A stretch of 64,000 nt of DNA from Haplodiscus bocki (taxonomy: Eukaryota): NCBI GenBank assembly GCA_965655095.1, contig OZ296659.1:3720001-3784000 (forward strand), in the 5' to 3' direction. Each line of letters starts with the position of its first letter. Position 1 is the first letter of the stretch. The notes beneath the pieces were generated by a model that was not told the origin of the DNA, did no database searches, and saw nothing but the letters and a program-made list of their open reading frames with translations. This document shows positions 59,150 to 64,000 of this stretch, piece by piece. The position numbers and the translations under genes were made by a program.

Positions 59150-59527
59150 ATAGTTGCTTCAAGACCAGTAGAGGTTCCATCCTATAGAGGTATTGGTTGA
59201 CAACGTGGACTGAGATTCGGTTCACTTGCACAAGTTATTGGGAGAACTGCAATAACATTTCTGCGTAAGTAAGTCGTCCCAGCTGCAAAACGCGTATGTG
59301 CTGACTTGTTGGAAATTGCTGTGCCAGAAAATGAAGATGTTGTGAGTGGTAGAATGAATTTCAAGACAGCTGCAAAGAATGTGGGAAGACAGACTCTGGG
59401 GAAACAGTTGGGTAGTGGTAGCAAGAAAAAGAGTCGGGCAGAATCATTCCAACTAAGTCTGCAAAACAAATCAGTCGGTCGCGAAGAGACATTTTTACAA
59501 ACATTTCTCATTTATCATCTCGAGTAA
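59150..59527 (+). pseudogene. P3 basic core/pX-like protein with QRGxx cleavage-like site
   Basis: YRGIG*QRGLRFGSLAQVIGRTAITFLRK..VPAAKRVCADLL...KTAAKNVGRQTLGKQLGSG. Confidence 0.65.
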
Positions 59528-59529
59528 TG

Positions 59530-60811
59530 TTCGGTACCAACCTTTTGTGGCAGTTTCTGGAAACGTTGGAGGGAAAGTCCCAGTAGTTGACGATGCCTTG
59601 TCGTCCCATGAACAAGAAACCTATCTTACTACCTCACTCGATGATAATTGCAAGGAGTTTGAATTTTAAACAGATCGGAACTATTACGATGATTTGGGAC
59701 AGACGTACTTGGCTTGGAAACTGAAACTTGTCATGGGTCTTGGTTATGAAACTTACATAAGCAAAAAAATAAAAAAAGACCACAAAGAAGAGGTAAAAGC
59801 CATTGAGGAAAAGACGGTGGAGGCGCATTCACCAGTTCCTCTCGTTACTCATGTAAACAACATTTTGCGCTCAATTTTTTTCCAATGTTGAAGAGTACAT
59901 CAACAATCAGCAAATTCTTACGTTTCCAAAACTTTCAAGGGAGCAATTTCTGAATACAAGGGAGTTTTGCACTGCGAGGGGTACGACTATGAAGAATTTC
60001 TTGAAGAATTCATGGAAGCGCCTTTGGCTGAACTTTGTTTCACAAAGACAATGAAAATGCTTAGGACACCTGATGGCTTCATGTTGTATGGTAAATTGGG
60101 GGTTGACTTTTACTCCACTTCTGAATTGTTAAATCCAAATATGAAAATTAGGCTACGACTAATCAGAGCCAGACCTAGTTTCTACATGATTAGCGACAAC
60201 CCCAACGTTAGAATTGTTGATTGTTCGCTCTACACTTGTCGTATTGCTCTCAAGGATGATTTTCACAAGAAACGAATGGACATGCTTGCTTACACTCCTG
60301 TGGAGTTCAACTATTTAGGATTTCTTGCAAAGACTTTCAACATTCCTGCGAGACAAAACCAGTTGATTCAGGAAAACATTTTCAACAATGCTCCAGATCA
60401 TCGGATTGCTATTGCGATGAATACAAACTCTGCATTCACTGGATTTCATACCGAAAATCCATTTTGATATGAGACAAAATAGAACACTCACAGGATCTCA
60501 GCCAATCGAAGACTTTGATGCTGCTGATGATTGTCGCCTTTCTGTTACAACAATGAAAGCAATTAACTTTCAAGAAAATGTCCCCTCAATTCCAATCGAT
60601 AATTTCAAAGACCACTATGTACTAGTGTTTGATTTGACTTCGATTCAAGATGCTACCGAAAATTTTCATTACCCAGAAGTAGTTGGGGAACCACTGAGGT
60701 TGTAGCTAAACTTTAGTTTTCCCCCAACACTATACTGAACTCATTGTATTGGCAGAACGAATGTCTTCAGTTGCAGTTGACAAATTTGTTGTTGTTGGAA
60801 AAAACATCTAA
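59530..60811 (+). pseudogene. P3 major capsid protein
   Basis: TTSLDDNCKEFEF..DRNYYDDLGQTYLAWKL...HVNNILRSIF...LYGKLGVDF...LLNPNMKIRLRLIRARPSFYM...ENIFNNAP..IAIAMNTNSAFTG...NPF...YVLVFDLT. Confidence 0.85.
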
Positions 60812-60812
60812 A

Positions 60813-61082
60813 ATGGGTAATGTTTCTCTCCAGCAATTAATCAACTCTATCCCACTACTCAAGTATCGGTACCGTGACTCTTTTCCCTCTGACTTTGTTC
60901 CAACTCTTGACAATGACACTTTTGCCTTAATAAATACTCAACCCAGCAAAATGCAGTTGAGCTTTGGATGCTGATTGCAAACTCTTGTCGAATATTGTAG
61001 TTTGCAGACTCTCTTGGTCGTAAAAACTAAATTTTCCTCAAGCAGCAAAATGAACAGGTGATGCCAGAACCACTACAGTCCT
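60813..61082 (+). pseudogene. P3 adenain-like protease, truncated at the TIR before the catalytic Cys
   Basis: YRDSFPSD...ALINTQPSKMQ..(W)MLIA...FADSLG...EPLQS, then TIR sequence. Confidence 0.75.
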
Positions 61083-61097
61083 AATACCCTAAATTAA

Positions 61098-61685
61098 GGC
61101 TCACAGTGCCAGGAACCGACTCACAGCACCCATCATTATATCATAATACAATGCCAAAAACGTACACTACTTTAATACATAGGGGTGAAGACCCTTCTCC
61201 GCTCCCGGATTCTATAGCCTATCTTAATACATCGGGCATCCCCTGACTGTTTTGCTTGCCTATATACTACTAAGAGTAAATATAACGAAAAAAAGTATTT
61301 GTTCAAAATATTTTTTCGAAATAGTGTCACTTTGCCGAAAACTGTCGAACAGTGCCGAAAATACCCTCTTCCATATCTTAATACCTTGAACCGAACTATA
61401 CCCCGCCTTAATACATTGAGCCGAACAATACATTTCTTGATATATTGAGCCGAACTATACCCTATCTTTTTACATTGAACCAAAACCTATCCTATTCCAT
61501 TACCCTCGGCAGTCAATCAGTTTCGAGTCGTCAGGCAATCAGAATCGAGTAATGCGTCACCCGAGACCCCTCGGCTAGGGTGGAAGACCCCTCTGGGCTC
61601 TCGGCTCCTCTCGGCTCGCTATAGCCTATCTTAATACATAGGGACCTCCAACCCCCCCGTCTGATCTGCTCACTCTTCCACTGCT
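61098..61685 (-). repeat. P3 right TIR (inner terminus at 61685)
   Basis: Inverted copy of the left TIR ending CTGATCTGCTCACTCTTCCACTGCT; a second 25-bp terminus follows at 61821-61845. Confidence 0.92.
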
Positions 61686-64000
61686 AAAACGCAAAGATCA
61701 GAAACAATGTCAGGTATCTACTTCGTCCAATCGTTAACACTAAACCAATCTTTTCTCCCTTTTATCTATTTATCTGGACTAGTTTGCGTGTTTTCAACGA
61801 CTAAAGCTTGGATGTGCTCACTGATGTGCTCACTCTTCTACTACTTACACTCTATATGATTTGAACTAACTTCATTAGATAGCTCCCAAAATTGCGAACT
61901 GCAACATCCAAATCCTTTTCGAACATGACGATCTTAAAGACTTAAGTCCCAGCTATGAGTAAAATCTATCCCAATTGTTCAGCTATTGAGAATTGAAACA
62001 ACTAAGTATCATGTTTTTGATCAAAGTTTCACCAGCGTGTCTCCAAAGTCAGCTAACTAAGCCAAAGAAGGCCTTTTTACAGAACGAACAAACTATCGAA
62101 ACCATGGCAGTTTGACTACTACAGATTGAAAAAATACAATACATTGATGGCGTCCAAGTTTATCGAAAAGAATGTGCATTAAACAGAGTGCGTGCTCAAG
62201 AATGTGCAAGGGAGAGTAAAATATCTGAACTTGATTACGTATCCAAGCTGATTCCGAAATTGTCAAGTTATGGTCAAAAGCAGCCTAAAATTCACTGAAG
62301 TATGCCATTGTTTTCAAATAGAAATTAGGAGGCGCAGTCGCATTGCAATGTTTTCAGTCATGGTGGCACGTAAATGATAGATTGAACAAACAACTTTTGA
62401 TTATGGAAAAGACGCATTTTTGAGAGAAAAATCAACGGAGACCTTGATAGAAGAAATCAAGACAATGTAGGGAATAAGACCAGACATTTTTCCGTGTAAG
62501 AGTCATTTAGTAGTATGAATGCGTCAATGGAGAACTTGAAACAAGAAATCACTGCTGTATTTTTCGAGAAGCATGACTTGGAACTCCGATATTTGTCTGA
62601 AATAAAAGCAGTTTTGCCACTCTTGGCCCATCAGGCTTCCAATTCGGACGTAGAGATCATTTTTTGAGATACTTAGAAACGAACAGTCTGCTTCAGGTAT
62701 AAAGCTGCCGAGATTGTAACCTTGATTAAAAAAATGAAGTGGGTAGAATTGAAGTAGTAGAAGTTTGGACACCGACTTTTGTCAACACTAAGAGGATGTT
62801 CTGGCCACTGTGGTTCATCAAAGTTGCTCAGAGAGGTCCAAATTGAACGATTTCTCAATCAAATTTTCAAACTCAAGTAGAGGGCATTAGATTCAGACTT
62901 TGAAGGAAGACAGAAAGTTAGTAGTTATGGGGAAAATAACGCTCTGAAAATCGAGAAGACTTCAGATTCAAAATCATTTCTTGACTCTTTTTGGACTATC
63001 AGAAGAAAATTGCAAAGAACGGAAACGACAGTTAGTTGAACTAATACTCCACAAAAACTCCACAAAAAATTTGTTTGATTAAAACATTGGCGAAAGAAAT
63101 GAAGCCCGTAGTTCCGGTCAAAGGTGACTTTGCTTGCCGACAAAAATCAAAAATAATAGCATATTTTGGAACTTTCAGACTAGGTTGATTCTGTTGCGAG
63201 GAAAAAACAATGGCTTGTTTTGTCAATAGATCTTGGAAAGTTGCAAGCATTCGTAGGGACCAAGATGGAAGATACCAAGCCTCTCTTTATGGAGAAAATA
63301 GAGTTTCAATATCGAGATGAAGCATTATTATTAGCATTACTTGGAATATCAGAAGATCAGTTTTCCAATGCAAGAAACAAAATCAACATATTTACCATCG
63401 AGAAATTATTCACAACTAAATGGCTTTCTACAGAAACTTTGATGGGAGATATGAAGTTTGTAGTTATGGGTGACAAATGAAGATGAAATTGAATGACGAG
63501 AAAAATTTTTCAATCGAGTTTTTGTGGAAAATTTGGACCATCAGGAGACTGAGGCAACGAACACAATCAACCGTTCACCACATCAATGTTACTTTTCAAG
63601 TGATTTTTTAGGCTGATTCATGATGGAGGATTTCGAACTTGTAGAAGCTGAGAAATACAAGTTTGAAAAGAGAGCGAAATAAAAAAAAGTAGCAATTCTT
63701 GGAAAATTCGAACTGTCAAGAAACAGATGCAAGAGACACAAATCGACAATTAATCCATCAAAAACCTTCTTACCATAAGAATTTTTCATGCCCAAATTGA
63801 TTGAAGAGATAAAATTTGTAGTTTTGGTGAAATACGAGTTTGAGTAGCGAGAAGAAATAAAATGAAAATGTACTCCTTGGAAGTTTCGGACAATCAGGTT
63901 ACTGATACGAGAAAAAAACAATGAATTTTGAGTTGAAAACTCGTGTAAAAAGCTGTGTTTAGGATTGGGATTTTGATGGAGGAAATCGAACTGATGGTGG

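Larger units (their letters stand above)
44353..61845. mobile_element. Polinton/Maverick element P3 with both ends, decayed (~17.5 kb)
   Basis: Starts AGTAGTGGAAGAGTGAGCAGATCAG at 44353. ~550-bp TIRs; perfect 6-bp TSD TACACT (44347-44352 and 61846-61851). pPolB on -; accessory block, ATPase, integrase, penton, core, MCP and protease on +. Confidence 0.95.

Noticed and set aside
6188-61851. Shared target preference (both TSDs begin TAC)
   Set aside because: Only two events from different families; the P1 flank (GGTTTT) does not fit.
1-64000. Bacteriophage or prokaryotic origin
   Set aside because: Spliceosomal exons and eukaryotic TE superfamilies throughout; no operons, rRNA or tRNA genes recognised.
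61900-64000. Decayed coding-like sequence with a hAT-dimerisation-like patch (QASNSDVEIIF)
   Set aside because: A single weak motif is insufficient for a call.

Overview
AT-rich animal (invertebrate) nuclear DNA; I found no bacterial features. The 3' end of a host POGLUT2/3 (KDELC, CAP10-domain) glycosyltransferase gene lies on the + strand, with exons at 5325-5580 and 5690-5803 and a predicted tiny last coding exon (GAT GAA TTG TAG = DEL*) at 32812-32823. This would split the KDEL ER-retrieval signal across a ~27-kb transposon-filled intron. More than half of the window is made of three distinct, decayed Polinton/Maverick (adintovirus-like) proviruses. P1 is a right end only (<1-1920). P2 spans 6194-21091 with TIRs and a 6-bp TSD; all its readable genes are on the - strand (pPolB, integrase, HNH, core, fibre-like, protease, MCP, penton, ATPase). 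P3 spans 44353-61845 with TIRs and a perfect TACACT TSD. P3 carries an unusual accessory block: a signal-peptide EGFR-ligand-type EGF protein (candidate virokine), three tandem paralogous Cys-rich ORFs, PC4-like proteins, a PLA2-like ORF and an arenavirus-NP/Maelstrom-like DEDD exonuclease, and it has a duplicated right terminus. Between the proviruses lie decayed Gypsy, piggyBac (interrupted by a CRE non-LTR element), hAT and BEL/Pao elements. Pseudogene reconstructions and family calls were made by eye across stops and frameshifts, so their boundaries are approximate.
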